Assembly: GCA_050250895.1 (NCBI GenBank)
Contig: JBFWNU010000001.1
Location: 3,251,557-3,315,556 of the forward strand
Reading direction: 5' to 3'
Source: Vulcanimicrobiota bacterium
Lineage (GTDB): Bacteria; Vulcanimicrobiota; Xenobia; Xenobiales; JADMJV01
Length of the DNA stretch: 64,000 nucleotides
In this document: positions 27,020 to 36,899 of the stretch, one piece after another
Layout of the letters: the number at the start of each line of letters is the position of its first letter
Numbering within the stretch: the first letter of the stretch is position 1
Made by a program: the position numbers and the translations under genes
Notes under the pieces: generated by a model
The model's database searches: none
Told to the model about the DNA's origin: nothing
What the model saw: only the letters and a program-made list of their open reading frames with translations

Positions 27020-29203
27020 GACCTTGCCCGGGGTGTGGCCCAGTTCTTGTTCGAGGGCGCCAATGCGGTCATCGCGCAGCGAGAGCTTCCACTCCAGTCC
27101 GGTAATCTGGCGCTCCATCGATTTGAAGCGCTCTTCGTAATCCTTCTCGAAGGTCACCCGTACGTTCTTGAGCTTGTTTTCACGGTCGATCAATAGCTCG
27201 GTTAGGCGGGTCGATTCTTCGTGGGCTTTGCCCAGGCCTCGCTCCATATCGGCCAGTTTGGCCGCCAACTTCTTTACCTGAGCGTCACGGCTGGCCACGG
27301 TGCGCTGCAGATGGGCGATCTGTTGACTGGCGATACTTTCATTGGAGGTAGCTGCTCGAGCCTTGTGCAGGCGTAATTCCTCGCGACTGGTGCGAAGCTC
27401 TTCTTCGAGCTTCTGGCGCAACTGCTCCAGGTCGCGGATTTTACCCTCGGCCGCTTCGAGCTGAGGGGCAGAATTGGGGGAATCGGTGCTCTTGCCCGGA
27501 ATGGGCAGGAATTTGCTCTGGGCTTGACCCCCCCGCAGCTCGGCCAGCTCGGACTCGAGTCGCTGATTGGCCAGGCGAACCACTTCATTGCTACGTTTGA
27601 GCGAGTTTAGCTCGACCCGGTGCGAGGCCTGAGCATCTTCGATGCGGCGCTCGAGTTCGGCTACCTGGGACTGGGCGGCCTCGTGCGCCGCGGCCAGCAC
27701 CTCGCCCTCGCTGCTGCCCTGTAGGGCGCTGGCTAATTGCTGTTCGAGGCGGGAGATGAGCTGATCGCGCAGCTGCAGTTCTTGTAGTAGCGAGTCGATT
27801 TGCGGACCGCTCTCGGACTGGCCTTGTAAACCTTCCAGTTGCTCTTCGAGGGCCTGGGCCCGGGCCGCCTGAGCCTCGGCAAACGAACGGATGCCGGCGT
27901 TCTCGCGGCGGGCCTCGTTGAGTTCTTCATGGATGCCCTGAGCCGTGCGCTCGAGTTCGTGATAGGCGTCGACCCACTGGTGGTAATCGGCTTTTAGAGC
28001 TTCGAACTCGGCTGCATCCATGGCCGGCTCGCCGGCCCGACGGGCCTCGACCAGCGCCTTTTCGAGAGCCTCGGCGCGGCGGGTTAGCTCGAGCCGGCGA
28101 GCTTCACTCTCTTGGAACTTCTGAAAGGCCCGCTCATTGTAGTCTTGCGCTTCGGTCAGGGCCTGACGCAACTCGGCGATGTGGTCACCTTCGGAGCCCC
28201 CGTCCATAGCCAGCATTTGGGCCTGCAGCTCTTGGACCTGGCGTTCGCGGGCGGCCAGACTCTCGGCATATTCGGCCAGGCGCTCTTCGAGGGCGGCGAT
28301 GCGGCCATCGTCGGCGGCCGGGCCCGGAGCATGGGCCGGCGCCTCGGCGAGCTGCTGTTGCAAGGCGGCGATCTGCTCGTGTTGCGAGGCCAACTGCTGC
28401 TGCTGAGAGGCCAGCTGTTGCTGTTGAGAGGCTATTTCAGCCTGGAGAGCTTGAATCTGCTCGTAGCTGTCATCGTCTGCCGAAGAAGCCACTCCACCGC
28501 TGCTCTCGAGCTGGGAAATTCGGGCGTTGGCATCGCGCAACAAGCCTTCAGACTGAGCCAGCTGGATCTCGAGCATCTGGACTCGGTCTTCGGCTTCTCC
28601 TACGGCCCTCAACCGGGCCTCGAGTTCAGGAACCCTCGCGGCCACGGCCTCTAGCTCTTTGAGGTGTTGGCTCTGGTCAGGGCTGAGAGCGGGGACGCCG
28701 TCGTCACCCTCGCGGGTCTGCTTTTCGAGGGTGCGGATGCGGTCATTGGCAGCCTTGAGCTTGGTTTTAAGCTTTTGAACCTCGCGTTCGTTGCCGGCTT
28801 TGCCGACTTTGACGATGCGCGGGGTTTGGCCGCCGTTCTTTTGACCGCCGGGGAAAAACCGTCGCAGTCGCTCGAAAAAGCCGGTCTTTTCCGGCTTGGC
28901 TATGGAGGGGGGAGGCGAGGGGGGGCGACGGCGTGCGTCGTCGATCTCGTTTTCGCAGTCGAGCTTGAATTTGTTGAGGTCATAGGGCCTGATGCCATTG
29001 GCAGAAGAACGCAACAGGCCAGCTTTGATCCAGCCCCGGACATGGTCGGGCTCTACTTTGAGTTGAGCCGCCACCTGGTCGATGGACAGGGCAGCCGACG
29101 GTCCACCCGTAGGCTTTTGCCCCAGCCCGCCCGCTCCACCCGGAAGAGGCTTGGAATCGGGGGTGGGACCGAGATTTTTGCTGACCAGTCCTCGGCGTGA
29201 CAA
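26984..29203 (-). CDS. HTH plus long coiled-coil protein
   Basis: LSIDQVAAQLKVEPDHVRGWIKAGLL (MerR/excisionase-like HTH); >500 aa of E/Q/L/A-rich heptads. Confidence 0.8.
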   Translation of the reverse strand: MSRRGLVSKNLGPTPDSKPLPGGAGGLGQKPTGGPSAALSIDQVAAQLKVEPDHVRGWIKAGLLRSSANGIRPYDLNKFKLDCENEIDDARRRPPSPPPSIAKPEKTGFFERLRRFFPGGQKNGGQTPRIVKVGKAGNEREVQKLKTKLKAANDRIRTLEKQTREGDDGVPALSPDQSQHLKELEAVAARVPELEARLRAVGEAEDRVQMLEIQLAQSEGLLRDANARISQLESSGGVASSADDDSYEQIQALQAEIASQQQQLASQQQQLASQHEQIAALQQQLAEAPAHAPGPAADDGRIAALEERLAEYAESLAARERQVQELQAQMLAMDGGSEGDHIAELRQALTEAQDYNERAFQKFQESEARRLELTRRAEALEKALVEARRAGEPAMDAAEFEALKADYHQWVDAYHELERTAQGIHEELNEARRENAGIRSFAEAQAARAQALEEQLEGLQGQSESGPQIDSLLQELQLRDQLISRLEQQLASALQGSSEGEVLAAAHEAAQSQVAELERRIEDAQASHRVELNSLKRSNEVVRLANQRLESELAELRGGQAQSKFLPIPGKSTDSPNSAPQLEAAEGKIRDLEQLRQKLEEELRTSREELRLHKARAATSNESIASQQIAHLQRTVASRDAQVKKLAAKLADMERGLGKAHEESTRLTELLIDRENKLKNVRVTFEKDYEERFKSMERQITGLEWKLSLRDDRIGALEQELGHTPGKVLPPPTPRQPEV

Positions 29204-29323
29204 TCTATCTTCCTCTCGACCTAGCCGTGGTCAGGCCGCCCGAAGATGCCCCTTCGGCGGCCTCTCTCGAGTATACGCGATCGAGGGCCGAGATTACTGC
29301 TTTTTTTCGGATGGAAGTGGGCA

Positions 29324-30934
29324 CTACAACGGCGCCACCTGAGGCCATTTGAGCTCGACACCCCGCTCGACCAGCGAACTCTGGAAATCTGCTAACAGTT
29401 CGTCCTGTTCGCATACCGCGTGGGGTTCGGTGCGGTGCTGATGACAGAAAGCAACCAGCGCTCCGGCCGATTCGCCGACGTTCCATTCGACCGGATGCAG
29501 CCGATAGCAGCCGTTGGTAATGTGGGTCACTCCCAGGTTTTTACCCCCGGCCAGCAAGTTTCGGACACGCCGAGGCACCAGCGACCCGAGCGGAATCTGA
29601 AAGGGCAGGGCGCCGACATCGATGTAGTTGTCTCCACCCGTAGAGGGGTGAAGGTCGATACGATAAGCTCCGATGCCCACCGAGTCGGCGAAGTCTGCGG
29701 CCCGCACCTGTTCGGGGGGCAATCCGGTCTCGTGGCAGCGGGCTTCGACCCCGACATGCTGCTCGAGGACGGTGAAGCGCGCTCGCAAACGACGGGCTTC
29801 TCGAATGTAAGGCTGGCGGGCCAGACCGTGGGCGCCGCCCGTGATGTCAGGCCGCGGTCGTAAGCCAGGCCACCCCGTCCCTCCGTCGGGTCGGGGAGCC
29901 TCGGTCTGCATCCAGTAAAGCATCGATAGGCTCAGATTGCGAGCACCTTGCAGGTGGCGCTCGCGTTGCTCTGGCTCGACCTCGATGAGGTTGCCCAGGA
30001 CGTAGTCGATCTGGGGCCAGTTCACCAGCACGATATCGCTGGCATAAGCGTCTCGCCTGAAATTGTTGCGGTCGGCGATGCGCCGAAAAGTCCACAGGTC
30101 CATCGGCCCGCGCTCGGGTTTGGGGCGGATGGGGTCAAAGGTTCGGACCACCGGTTCGAGGGTGATGGGATGGGTGGCCGACCAGCTCAACAGCTTGCTC
30201 CCCCAATCGGGGCGCAAGGCGGGATAGAAGTCGCGCCAGAAGCTGTAATCGGGCGGCTGATCGATAGTGTGCTCGCCGTCGGAATCGTAGTCGACCACGA
30301 AACACCAGCTGATGGCCTGCATGTTGTGGGGAGCCGCCTCGGTCGCAGCGTGCGGCTCGCCCGTCTCGGATTGGGCCTCGGCCCCGGTCACATACTCGAC
30401 TCCGGCGAGGGGCAGCAGATCGCCGTTTTCGGTAGCGTCGATGAAGTAAGGTGCCTCCAACTCTCGTTGGCTGCCGTCGAGGTGCCGGACGGTGACGCTC
30501 ACGATGCGGTCCCCCTCGCTGTTGGCCGCTACAGGCTCATAGCCCAGCAGTAGTTCGAGCTGGCCGCCGGCCCGATAGGGCATCAGCAGCCCCTCGAGCA
30601 CCGCCAGGCTGACTCGAGGTTCGTGGCAGATCTGAGAGACGAAGGCGTTGCCCGGATTCAGGGCGCGAGCGCGGCGGGCCGCGTCGGTGAGGGGATAGTA
30701 GCGCCGGTAGTAGGCTCGGATCAGCTGCCGCACCCGGCGATAGTTGGCCGTGCAACCGAACTGCTCGATCCAGGGGTGCTCGTCAGGGGGGACCGCCTGG
30801 GAAGTCATCTGGCCCCCAATCCAGCCGTCGACTTCAGTCATCACTACGCGCAGGCCTTGCTGCAGGGCGGCCAGCGTTGCGGCGACGCCGCCGACACCGC
30901 CGCCAATCACCACCAGGTCCGGTCGATTGATCAT
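29324..30934 (-). CDS. FAD-dependent oxidoreductase
   Basis: VIGGGVGG, IDATENGDL, PYIREARR, CYRLHPVEWNVG. Confidence 0.9.
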   Translation of the reverse strand: MINRPDLVVIGGGVGGVAATLAALQQGLRVVMTEVDGWIGGQMTSQAVPPDEHPWIEQFGCTANYRRVRQLIRAYYRRYYPLTDAARRARALNPGNAFVSQICHEPRVSLAVLEGLLMPYRAGGQLELLLGYEPVAANSEGDRIVSVTVRHLDGSQRELEAPYFIDATENGDLLPLAGVEYVTGAEAQSETGEPHAATEAAPHNMQAISWCFVVDYDSDGEHTIDQPPDYSFWRDFYPALRPDWGSKLLSWSATHPITLEPVVRTFDPIRPKPERGPMDLWTFRRIADRNNFRRDAYASDIVLVNWPQIDYVLGNLIEVEPEQRERHLQGARNLSLSMLYWMQTEAPRPDGGTGWPGLRPRPDITGGAHGLARQPYIREARRLRARFTVLEQHVGVEARCHETGLPPEQVRAADFADSVGIGAYRIDLHPSTGGDNYIDVGALPFQIPLGSLVPRRVRNLLAGGKNLGVTHITNGCYRLHPVEWNVGESAGALVAFCHQHRTEPHAVCEQDELLADFQSSLVERGVELKWPQVAPL

Positions 30935-31005
30935 CTCAGCCGGTTCGTCTCGATGCTCGGCTCGCCTGCTTTTCTCGGGCGACCGGGCATGATAGACTGG
31001 CAGGC

Positions 31006-32085
31006 GTGTGGGATAGAGTCAAGACCGTCAAAGGACGGGGCGCTGCGGGGCGAATTCCCAATCGCTTCGAGCAACATCAGTACGAGCCAGACCCTGAGTA
31101 CCTCGAGTGGCAGCATCAAACGGGCGAAGAGGAGCCAGTCAAGACCAGCGTCCATCACGAGCATACGCGCTCGATCATCACTCGCAATGACAGTCCCGAC
31201 ATCTCTTTTGGAGCCAGCCTCAATCCCTATCGCGGCTGCGAGCACGGGTGCAGCTACTGTTACGCCCGACCTACTCACGAGTACCTGGGCTTTTCGGCCG
31301 GCCTTGACTTCGAGTCGAAGATCGTGGCCAAGCACGACGCGCCTGCCTTGCTGCGGGCCGAGTTCGAGCGCCCCCGCTACCGACCCGAAACGCTGGTCAT
31401 GAGTGGAGTCACCGATGCTTATCAGCCGCTCGAGAAGAAGTTGCGCCTGAGCCGGGCTTGTCTAGAAGTGCTGGCCGAATACCGTCATCCCGTGGTGATC
31501 ATCACCAAGAATCGATTAGTCACCCGGGATGCCGACCTGTTGGCCGAACTGGCCGGTCGTGGCCAGGCTCGGGTCTGGATTTCGGTCACCAGCTTGCGGC
31601 CCGAGCTGGCCAGGGTCTTCGAGCCCCGGGCAAGCACTCCTGAAAATCGTCTCCAAGCCATTGCCGAGCTGCATCAGAAAGGGATTCCGGTAGGGGTCAT
31701 GACCGCTCCCATCGTGGCCGGCCTCAACGACCACGAGGTACCTGCTATTCTGGCCCGGGCCGCCGAAGCCGGAGCCAGCTTTGCCAGTTTCACCCCCCTC
31801 AGGCTACCGCTGGCGGTGGCGCCACTCTTTCTGGATTGGCTCGAGCGTCACTTTCCCGACCGGCGCGACAAGGTGGTGCACCAGCTCCAACAGATGCGCG
31901 GGGGAAAGCTCAACCAGTCCGAGTTTCATCGACGTTTTGAAGGCAGCGGACCGGTAGCCGATCATCTGCGGCGGCTCTTCGAACTGGGGGCCCGCCGAGC
32001 GGGCCTGAGCCGCCAGGTGCCCGACCTGGACGCTACGGGCTTTCGTCGTCCCGGACCCGCCCAGTTGTCTTTGTTCGAGGAGTGA
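31006..32085 (+). CDS. Radical SAM protein, PA0069/Rv2578c (spore photoproduct lyase-like) family
   Basis: NPYRGCEHGCSYCYAR, TDAYQPLE, C-terminal QLSLF clamp-binding motif. Confidence 0.92.
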   Translation: MWDRVKTVKGRGAAGRIPNRFEQHQYEPDPEYLEWQHQTGEEEPVKTSVHHEHTRSIITRNDSPDISFGASLNPYRGCEHGCSYCYARPTHEYLGFSAGLDFESKIVAKHDAPALLRAEFERPRYRPETLVMSGVTDAYQPLEKKLRLSRACLEVLAEYRHPVVIITKNRLVTRDADLLAELAGRGQARVWISVTSLRPELARVFEPRASTPENRLQAIAELHQKGIPVGVMTAPIVAGLNDHEVPAILARAAEAGASFASFTPLRLPLAVAPLFLDWLERHFPDRRDKVVHQLQQMRGGKLNQSEFHRRFEGSGPVADHLRRLFELGARRAGLSRQVPDLDATGFRRPGPAQLSLFEE

Positions 32086-32111
32086 GCCCAGCTGGGGTGG
32101 AAGGGGCGGCA

Positions 32112-32519
32112 GTGAAGGTCCTGTTCGTCTGCACCGGCAACACCTGTCGCTCACCCATGGCCCAGGCGCTCTTCCAGCAGAAGTACCCAGAGGCCTCGGT
32201 CCGGTCGGCTGGTCTGGCTGCTCGGGCCGGAGAACCGGCCGCTCGACCGGCTCGTCAGGTCATGCGGGCGCGGGGCTTGAGCCTCGAGTCGCATCGATCG
32301 GTGCCCCTCGAGGATGAGTTGTTAGCCTGGGCCGACCGGGTGCTGGTGATGTCGCAGCGACATCACCAGGCGATTGCGGCTCGTTGGCCCGAGTATCTGG
32401 CCAAGGTCGAGTCGCTCAAGCCCGGTGGGTCGGTGGCCGACCCCTACGGGGGTGACCTGACCGAATATGCTCGATGCGCCGACGAGCTAGGAAAGTTGGT
32501 CGACCAGCTGGACCTTTGA
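32112..32519 (+). CDS. Low-molecular-weight protein Arg/Tyr phosphatase
   Basis: VCTGNTCRSPMA and DPYGG. Confidence 0.93.
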   Translation: MKVLFVCTGNTCRSPMAQALFQQKYPEASVRSAGLAARAGEPAARPARQVMRARGLSLESHRSVPLEDELLAWADRVLVMSQRHHQAIAARWPEYLAKVESLKPGGSVADPYGGDLTEYARCADELGKLVDQLDL

Positions 32520-32568
32520 CGGCTCTGAGGCAGGGTGTTATAGTTTCGTATGGAATTTGTATAATTTT
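32516..32568 (+). promoter_or_regulatory. Sigma70 promoter overlapped by 11-bp direct repeats (CarH-type operator candidate)
   Basis: TTGACG (32516-21), 17 nt, then extended TGn-TATAGT (32539-44). On the minus strand ACA/ACG/ACA recur at 11-nt spacing. Confidence 0.65.
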
Positions 32569-32569
32569 G

Positions 32570-33460
32570 ATGGGACCGGGCCGCTACAAGATCAAGACCA
32601 TCGCAGAACTGTCGGGCTTCACGCCGACCTTGCTTCGCGCCTGGGAAAGACGCTATGCGTTGCTGGAACCCGTGCGCCAGGCCAGTGGTCATCGTCTCTA
32701 CACCGAGTCAGACTTACGCCTGCTGCTTAGAATTCGCGAGCTGATGGAGCGGGGTCGCTCCATCGGCGAGATTGCGGTTTTGGGCCGAGAGACCCTTTTG
32801 AATACCCTTAGCAACGGCAAGTCGGCTCCCGCACCCGAGCGGGCCGCGGGCGGACCGGCTCAGGGGTTGGCCGAGGCTGCCGGTCGTTTGGACTCGGCCG
32901 ACCTGGAGCGTTGTCTTGACGAGGCCCTGGTCGAGAATTCGCGAGAGCACCTGCTCTACCAGGTGGTGGTCGAGGCTGCTCGCGAGATTGGTCGGCGCTG
33001 GTCGACCGGGCAATTGTCGGTGGCAGGCGAACATCTGTTCTCGGCGGTGGTGGGCTCGCGCCTTCGCAGCTGGATTGCCGAGCTGCCCAATGGCGACGAG
33101 GGCCCGACCTGCATCTGCGCCGGCTTTCCTGACGAGCAGCACGAGCTGGGCCTGCTGATGGTCTACTACGAGCTGCGCAAAGCCGGTAGGAGAGTTCTCT
33201 ATCTTGGCCCGTGTCTACCCTGGGAAGACCTGGAAAGAGCCGTGAGCCAGGCCCATCCCCGCACCGTCTTCTTGAGCGTGGCCCGCGAGGCCGCCTTCGA
33301 GGTTCACCACTTTCGCCTGCTCGAGATGGCGACTCGCAACCCCGAGACGCGATTTGTGGTAGGGGGAGAAGGCGCGGCCGGTCGGGGGGCAGCCCTGGCT
33401 TCGGCGGGACTGGCCCACTGGCCCAGGGAGCGACCGCTGGCCGAACTGGCGTCTATCTAG
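32570..33460 (+). CDS. carH: CarH/LitR-type MerR regulator with cobalamin-binding domain
   Basis: MerR HTH (LRAWERRY...GHRLY), W-x9-EH ([12 protein letters not shown]), E-x-H-x2-G (EQHELG). Confidence 0.85.
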   Translation: MGPGRYKIKTIAELSGFTPTLLRAWERRYALLEPVRQASGHRLYTESDLRLLLRIRELMERGRSIGEIAVLGRETLLNTLSNGKSAPAPERAAGGPAQGLAEAAGRLDSADLERCLDEALVENSREHLLYQVVVEAAREIGRRWSTGQLSVAGEHLFSAVVGSRLRSWIAELPNGDEGPTCICAGFPDEQHELGLLMVYYELRKAGRRVLYLGPCLPWEDLERAVSQAHPRTVFLSVAREAAFEVHHFRLLEMATRNPETRFVVGGEGAAGRGAALASAGLAHWPRERPLAELASI

Positions 33461-33471
33461 AAAGGAATGTA

Positions 33472-34101
33472 GTGGAACACCGACTCGACTATCGAGGCCA
33501 ACTCCTCGACGAAGAGGCTATGACCGCCGACCCCCTGGCGCAGTTTCAGTGCTGGTATGAACAGGCTCAGGAAGCGGGGCTGGCTGAACCCAACGGCATG
33601 ACCCTGGCCACCTGCGACAGCCACGGAAGACCGTCGGCCCGCATCGTTCTGCTGCGTGGAGTCGACGACCGCGGATTGCAGTTCTTTACCAACTACCTCA
33701 GTCGTAAAGGTCAAGAATTGGCCGCTAATCCTCGGGCGGCGGCGGTTTTCTGGTGGCAACCGATGGCCCGCCAGGTTCGCTTCGAAGGCGCCATCGAACG
33801 ACTCGAGCCGGAAGCGAGCGATGCCTATTTCGCCTCTCGGCCCCGCGATTCGCGGTTGGGGGCCTGGGCCTCGCATCAGAGTCAGCCGATCGCTTCGCGT
33901 CAGCAGCTCGAAGAGCGCCTGGAAGAAGTTCGCGAGCACTTCGAGGATCAGTCCGACCCGCCCCGTCCCGACTACTGGGGCGGATATCGGTTGGTCCCCG
34001 ATCGGGTCGAGTTTTGGCAGGGGCAGCCCAGCCGTTTGCATGAGCGGGTTTGTTATCATCGTCAGGGGTCGGGCTGGTCGACCGAGAGGCTCATGCCCTG
34101 A
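33472..34101 (+). CDS. pdxH: Pyridoxamine 5'-phosphate oxidase
   Basis: [31 protein letters not shown]; GTG follows AAAGGA. Confidence 0.95.
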   Translation: MEHRLDYRGQLLDEEAMTADPLAQFQCWYEQAQEAGLAEPNGMTLATCDSHGRPSARIVLLRGVDDRGLQFFTNYLSRKGQELAANPRAAAVFWWQPMARQVRFEGAIERLEPEASDAYFASRPRDSRLGAWASHQSQPIASRQQLEERLEEVREHFEDQSDPPRPDYWGGYRLVPDRVEFWQGQPSRLHERVCYHRQGSGWSTERLMP

Positions 34102-35621
34102 TGGCCAGCCTGGCCCGGCTGGTGGAAGTCAGCCAGGCGCTCCGCCAGTCGGGTGGCCGCAACCGCAAGCTCGAGTTGCTGGCCGACTATTTGCGCAGTC
34201 TGGCGCCCGCAGAGCTCAGGCTGGCCATTGACTATCTCAGCGGCCAGCTTCCTCAGGGCAAGATCGGGGTGGGACCTTCGCTGCTGCGCCAGCTCGAGCT
34301 TGAAGGCCTTGAATCTGGCACCGAATTGCGTCTGGCCGAGGTCGACGCTTGCCTGTCGGCGGTGGCGGCCTGCTCAGGGACCGGTTCCAGGGCGGCCCGC
34401 TTAAACCAGCTTCAAAGCTTGCTCGCGGCCGCGGGCCGGGCTGAGCGACCCTTTCTGATCCGGCTGCTGGGGGGCGAGTTACGCCAGGGCGCTCAGGAAG
34501 GCCTCATGGTGGTGGCCCTGGCTCAGGCCCTGGAACTCCCGGTCGAGGTGGTGCGGCGGGCCTTCATGGTGACCGGCGACCTGGCTCGGGTGGCCCGCCT
34601 TGGGCAACACGGCGAAGAAGAACTGGCGGCCCTGGGGCCTGAGCTGTTTCGCCCCCTGCGTCCGATGCTGGCCAGTCCGGCGGCCGGGCTTGGTGAGGCG
34701 TTGACCCGAGCGGGCGCCTGTCAGGTCGAGGTCAAGATGGATGGTGTGCGGGTGCAGGTGCATCGCCGCGGCGCCCAGGTCAAGGTCTATTCGCGCAGCC
34801 TTAACGATATCACCTATCAGGTGCCTGAGGTCGTCGAACTGGTCAAGGCCCTGAGCTGCTCTGACTGCATCCTCGACGGCGAGGTGCTGGCACTAGATGA
34901 ACAGGGCCGCCCCCGGCCGTTCCAAGAAACCATGCGCCGCTTTGGCCGCCGAGGAGACCTCGAGCAGGCCCGTGCGGCGGTGCCGCTCAGCTGCTTCTTC
35001 TTCGACTGTCTGTGGCTGGACGGGCAAAGCCTGATCGACCAGCCTCTCGAGCAGCGCGGCCAGTCATTGCAGGGCTTGGCCCCGAACCACCTGGTGACGC
35101 GAGTCGAGGCCGAGCGAGCCGAAGAATTCTTCGAGCAGGTGCTCGAGGCCGGCCACGAGGGAGTGATGGTAAAGTCGCTCGAGTCGACCTATGAGGCGGG
35201 CAATCGCGGCTTTGCCTGGATGAAGGTCAAGCCGGCCCACACTCTCGATCTGGTGGTGCTGGCGGCCGAATGGGGCTCAGGGCGCCGCCAGGGCTGGCTG
35301 AGCAATCTGCATCTCGGAGCCCGAGATGAGGACGGTTTCGTCATGCTGGGCAAGACGTTCAAAGGGATGACCGACGAGATGTTGGCCTGGCAGACTCGCC
35401 ACTTGCTCGCCCTCGAGACCGACCGCGAAGACTATCTGGTCAGGGTTCGACCCGAGTTGGTGGTCGAGATTGCCTTCGATTCTCTGCAGGCCAGTCCGCA
35501 CTATCCGGGCGGCATGGCTCTTCGCTTTGCTCGGGTCAAAGGCTATCGGCCCGACAAGTCGGCCGACGAGGCCGACACCATCGAGACGGTCCGCCAGATT
35601 TTCGTGGATGGTCGTGTTTGA
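34101..35621 (+). CDS. ATP-dependent DNA ligase (LigB-like)
   Basis: KMDG adenylation motif, EGVMVK, WMKVK, LRFARV. Confidence 0.93.
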   Translation: MASLARLVEVSQALRQSGGRNRKLELLADYLRSLAPAELRLAIDYLSGQLPQGKIGVGPSLLRQLELEGLESGTELRLAEVDACLSAVAACSGTGSRAARLNQLQSLLAAAGRAERPFLIRLLGGELRQGAQEGLMVVALAQALELPVEVVRRAFMVTGDLARVARLGQHGEEELAALGPELFRPLRPMLASPAAGLGEALTRAGACQVEVKMDGVRVQVHRRGAQVKVYSRSLNDITYQVPEVVELVKALSCSDCILDGEVLALDEQGRPRPFQETMRRFGRRGDLEQARAAVPLSCFFFDCLWLDGQSLIDQPLEQRGQSLQGLAPNHLVTRVEAERAEEFFEQVLEAGHEGVMVKSLESTYEAGNRGFAWMKVKPAHTLDLVVLAAEWGSGRRQGWLSNLHLGARDEDGFVMLGKTFKGMTDEMLAWQTRHLLALETDREDYLVRVRPELVVEIAFDSLQASPHYPGGMALRFARVKGYRPDKSADEADTIETVRQIFVDGRV

Positions 35622-35653
35622 GTATTTGGCCAAAAACGGCTATGATTAGGGAC

Positions 35654-36853
35654 ATGCAGTGGAAACATCAGGCCGCCGCGGCCTGTCTAGCCCTGGGAAT
35701 GCTCACTCCGGCCCTCGCCGAACCCGGCGCCGTGGGGCCGCCCACCACCGTCAACGGCGTGCCCAATGTCTCGCCCCCCATTGTCAAGAACGGCGTGAAA
35801 TACTACCCGGCCGTGCTGGTGGGCGAGGCCATGAATGTGGTCTTCACCTGGGACGCAGCCAGCCATACCCTCTACGCCAACGGCGTCCCCTCGCCCCTCG
35901 AGCCGCTGATCGTCGACGAGCAGGTGTATCTACCGATCGAGCCATACTCTACCGAACTCTCTGACGCCCCCGACCCGCGCTACCGCGTCAATCCCACTCT
36001 GCCCGGCGAGAGCGCCATGCGCGCCCGCTACGCCCGCGTCAAGCAGATCATGCCCAACGACCGTCCCGAGATCGCCCGGGTTGACGACAACTACATGCAT
36101 TACAACATGCAGCTTCCGGCCCACCCCTGGTTGACCAATCGGGCCGTTCCCAACTATCCCGGCATGTCGCGCGATGACACCTCCGAAAACGCCCTTCCCC
36201 AACACATGCGCCAGGGCGCGGCCCCGCCCAACCCCGGGGTCGATCCTAACCAGCTGCCCAACCATCTTCCCCCGCCCGGCTCCACCCCGCCGCCCGAGCC
36301 AACGCTAACGGTGCAGCCCGCCGGCCCCGGAGTGCAGACCGGGGTCCCCCTTCGCCACGCCCGCAGGGGTGGACCCGGCTCGCTTGACCGAGGGGACGAA
36401 CCTGCGGCTGCGCCCCAACCGGTAGCCCTCGATCCCTACGCTTCGCCCAACACGGCCTACGCCACCCCGGCTCCCCAGGCCCGGCCCACTTTCCATTTCC
36501 AGGCCAACAGCGAGAAGAACTCTATCTTCGAAGTGGCCGTCCACGATGTGCAGCTTTCCCGCAATCTCAATGGGGTCTTCCCTGCCTCCGAAGGCAAGCA
36601 GTGGGTGACCGCCAAGCTCACCCAAAAGAACCTGAGCTTCGTGCTGCAGGTCGAGCCAGGCATTTTTGCCCTGCGCGACCGCGAGGGCAAGCGCTATCCG
36701 GCGGTGAGTCAGCACACGCGGCTGGCCGAAGAGTCGATTCCTCCCGGCGAGAACCGTCAGGGCGTGGTGGTCTTCGAGCTGCCCGACACGGCCATTCCCA
36801 CTCGTCTTGAACTCGAGGGCACGATGCCCCTCAAGGTCGAACTCGAGCAATAA
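35654..36853 (+). CDS. Secreted Pro-rich protein with C-terminal DUF4352-like Ig domain
   Basis: Signal peptide; F-x-L-x-D-x2-GKRY...IPPGENRQGVVVFELP. Confidence 0.7.
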   Translation: MQWKHQAAAACLALGMLTPALAEPGAVGPPTTVNGVPNVSPPIVKNGVKYYPAVLVGEAMNVVFTWDAASHTLYANGVPSPLEPLIVDEQVYLPIEPYSTELSDAPDPRYRVNPTLPGESAMRARYARVKQIMPNDRPEIARVDDNYMHYNMQLPAHPWLTNRAVPNYPGMSRDDTSENALPQHMRQGAAPPNPGVDPNQLPNHLPPPGSTPPPEPTLTVQPAGPGVQTGVPLRHARRGGPGSLDRGDEPAAAPQPVALDPYASPNTAYATPAPQARPTFHFQANSEKNSIFEVAVHDVQLSRNLNGVFPASEGKQWVTAKLTQKNLSFVLQVEPGIFALRDREGKRYPAVSQHTRLAEESIPPGENRQGVVVFELPDTAIPTRLELEGTMPLKVELEQ

Positions 36854-36886
36854 AAAAAGCCGCCGGTTTACCGGCGGCTCTTTGTT
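36852..36886. terminator. Bidirectional intrinsic terminator
   Basis: A7-GCCGCCGG-TTTA-CCGGCGGC-TCTTTGTT between convergent genes. Confidence 0.85.
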
Positions 36887-36899
36887 GGGCTGCTAGACC

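Noticed and set aside
28370-28435. CTG/TTG-rich DNA microsatellite
   Set aside because: It encodes SQQQQLA heptads in the coiled-coil protein, with synonymous variation.
29233-29263. Terminator between the FAD oxidoreductase and coiled-coil genes
   Set aside because: An imperfect GC hairpin is present but has no U-tract on the coding strand.
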